The notes beneath the pieces are model-generated. The model had not been told where the DNA came from and ran no database searches. It saw only the letters and a list, made by a program, of their open reading frames with translations. Positions 63,157 through 64,000 of a stretch of DNA of 64,000 nucleotides are shown piece after piece. The stretch comes from an uncultured Atopobium sp. (GTDB lineage Bacteria > Actinomycetota > Coriobacteriia > Coriobacteriales > Atopobiaceae): assembly GCA_902485095.1 (NCBI GenBank), contig CABTJC010000011.1:197564-261563 (forward strand), written 5' to 3'. The translations under genes were made by a program, and so were the position numbers. Positions within the stretch are counted from its first letter, which is position 1, and the number at the start of each line of letters is the position of its first letter.

Positions 63157-64000
63157 ATGTTCTTTATTGTCGCGTCACTTTTAGCTCTTTTGACGCTTGC
63201 GTATCTTGTCGCAAGCGGTTTTGTTCGCGTGGTACGCTATTTTTGGGGCTGGCTTTCGTCTGGCGAGAAGATCGATGGGCTTGCAGGTGATGCCGTATCA
63301 CCAGCACCCCAGACCGCTCCGTTCTCCAAGCCCAAGCCAACGCAAGCGGAGCTCTCAGCATATTTGGACACGATGCATCTTGGCTGGTACCAGGTGGTCA
63401 TCCTCTTCATAGTGGGCTGTATGGCCGGCCTTCTTATTGAAGAGATTTGGATGCTCATTACCGCTGGCCTGACCGAGAGCAGGGTTGGCCTCATCTGGGG
63501 ACCATTTTCCCCGCTTTATGGAACTGGCGCGGTGTTTCTCACCGTTATTTGTTACCAGCTGCACAAGCACCATGCCAATAGCCTTATTATTTTCTTGGTC
63601 TCGGTTGTTGTTGGTGGCACGCTGGAGCAACTTACCGGCTGGGGAATGCAAGAGATTTTCCACTCGGAATCGTGGACGTACGCTCATCTTCCAGATGCCA
63701 TCACACAGTGGGTGGCCTGGCGATTCTTGGGATTTTGGGGCATTTTGGGTCTGATTTGGTGTCGGGTCATCATGCCTCGCGCGCTCTACAAGATAGGTGA
63801 GCCAACATCAAAAAGGCAAGCAATTTTTGTTACCCTGCTTACGGTGTATCTTGTCGCCGACATTTCAATGACGGTGGCATGCCTAGGCAGAAAGGCTCAG
63901 CGAGACGCTGGCGTTCCTCCGTCAAATGCGTTCGAGATGTGGGTAGATACTCATTACGACGACAGCTTTGTATCTACTCGTTTCCAGAACATGACCTTTA
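63157..64000 (+). CDS. Polytopic membrane protein, partial (continues past window end); possibly 'putative ABC-transporter type IV' (PF06541-like) family
   Basis: ATG at 63157 with GAGG RBS 5 nt upstream; manual translation MFFIVASLLALLTLAYLVASGF...GWYQVVILFIVGCMAGLLIEEIWMLITAGLTESRVGLIWGPFSPLYGTGAVFL... with several TM helices. No stop within the window, so it is absent from the ORF track, which shows only out-of-frame fragments here. Confidence 0.55.
   Translation, partial: MFFIVASLLALLTLAYLVASGFVRVVRYFWGWLSSGEKIDGLAGDAVSPAPQTAPFSKPKPTQAELSAYLDTMHLGWYQVVILFIVGCMAGLLIEEIWMLITAGLTESRVGLIWGPFSPLYGTGAVFLTVICYQLHKHHANSLIIFLVSVVVGGTLEQLTGWGMQEIFHSESWTYAHLPDAITQWVAWRFLGFWGILGLIWCRVIMPRALYKIGEPTSKRQAIFVTLLTVYLVADISMTVACLGRKAQRDAGVPPSNAFEMWVDTHYDDSFVSTRFQNMTF

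Noticed and set aside
1-64000. CRISPR array, transposase/IS element or integrase flanking the two accessory blocks
   Set aside because: I searched for regularly spaced identical repeats and for transposase/integrase-like ORFs. The only repeat cluster (62330-62720) is heterogeneous and irregular, and no DDE/tyrosine-recombinase-like ORF is present. The islands are therefore not demonstrably mobile from this window.

Overview
The window looks like a ~48% GC Actinomycetota chromosome segment; the conserved actinobacterial backbone (rpsA, coaE, uvrB, uvrA, uvrC, rapZ, whiA, gap, pgk, tpiA, secG) carries two large accessory insertions. Two blocks interrupt this backbone. (1) Between rpsA and coaE lies a ~16 kb block: an LPXTG surface protein, an Opp/Dpp-type peptide ABC transporter plus an orphan binding protein, three peptidases (C26-like, PepT, M42) and a TauABC-like ABC system. 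(2) Between uvrC and rapZ lies a ~12 kb block. It begins with an AT-rich segment encoding an unknown membrane-anchored protein. The rest reads as a sialic-acid utilisation island: a family-5 SBP ABC transporter with a fused permease-ATPase, two CE7-like esterases (one at ~60% GC), and NanA-, NanK- and NanE-like genes. Further observations:
- murJ and ybaK sit inside a translationally coupled uvrA-ybaK-murJ-uvrC string.
- yvcK/cofD is missing between rapZ and whiA.
- A third Opp-like operon has inverted gene order and a tandem-ATPase protein.
- A sigma-less partner-switching pair (PAS-GAF-PP2C phosphatase plus a fused STAS-antagonist/RsbW-kinase protein) follows tRNA-Leu(GAG).
- A ~400 bp repeat-dense non-coding region lies next to convergent tRNA-Gly/tRNA-Cys genes.
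- The most function-opaque element is a 694-aa cytoplasmic protein, divergent from uvrB, that I cannot place.
LexA-like boxes sharing a GGGTATACT motif precede uvrB and uvrA. No transposase, integrase or CRISPR array was seen.
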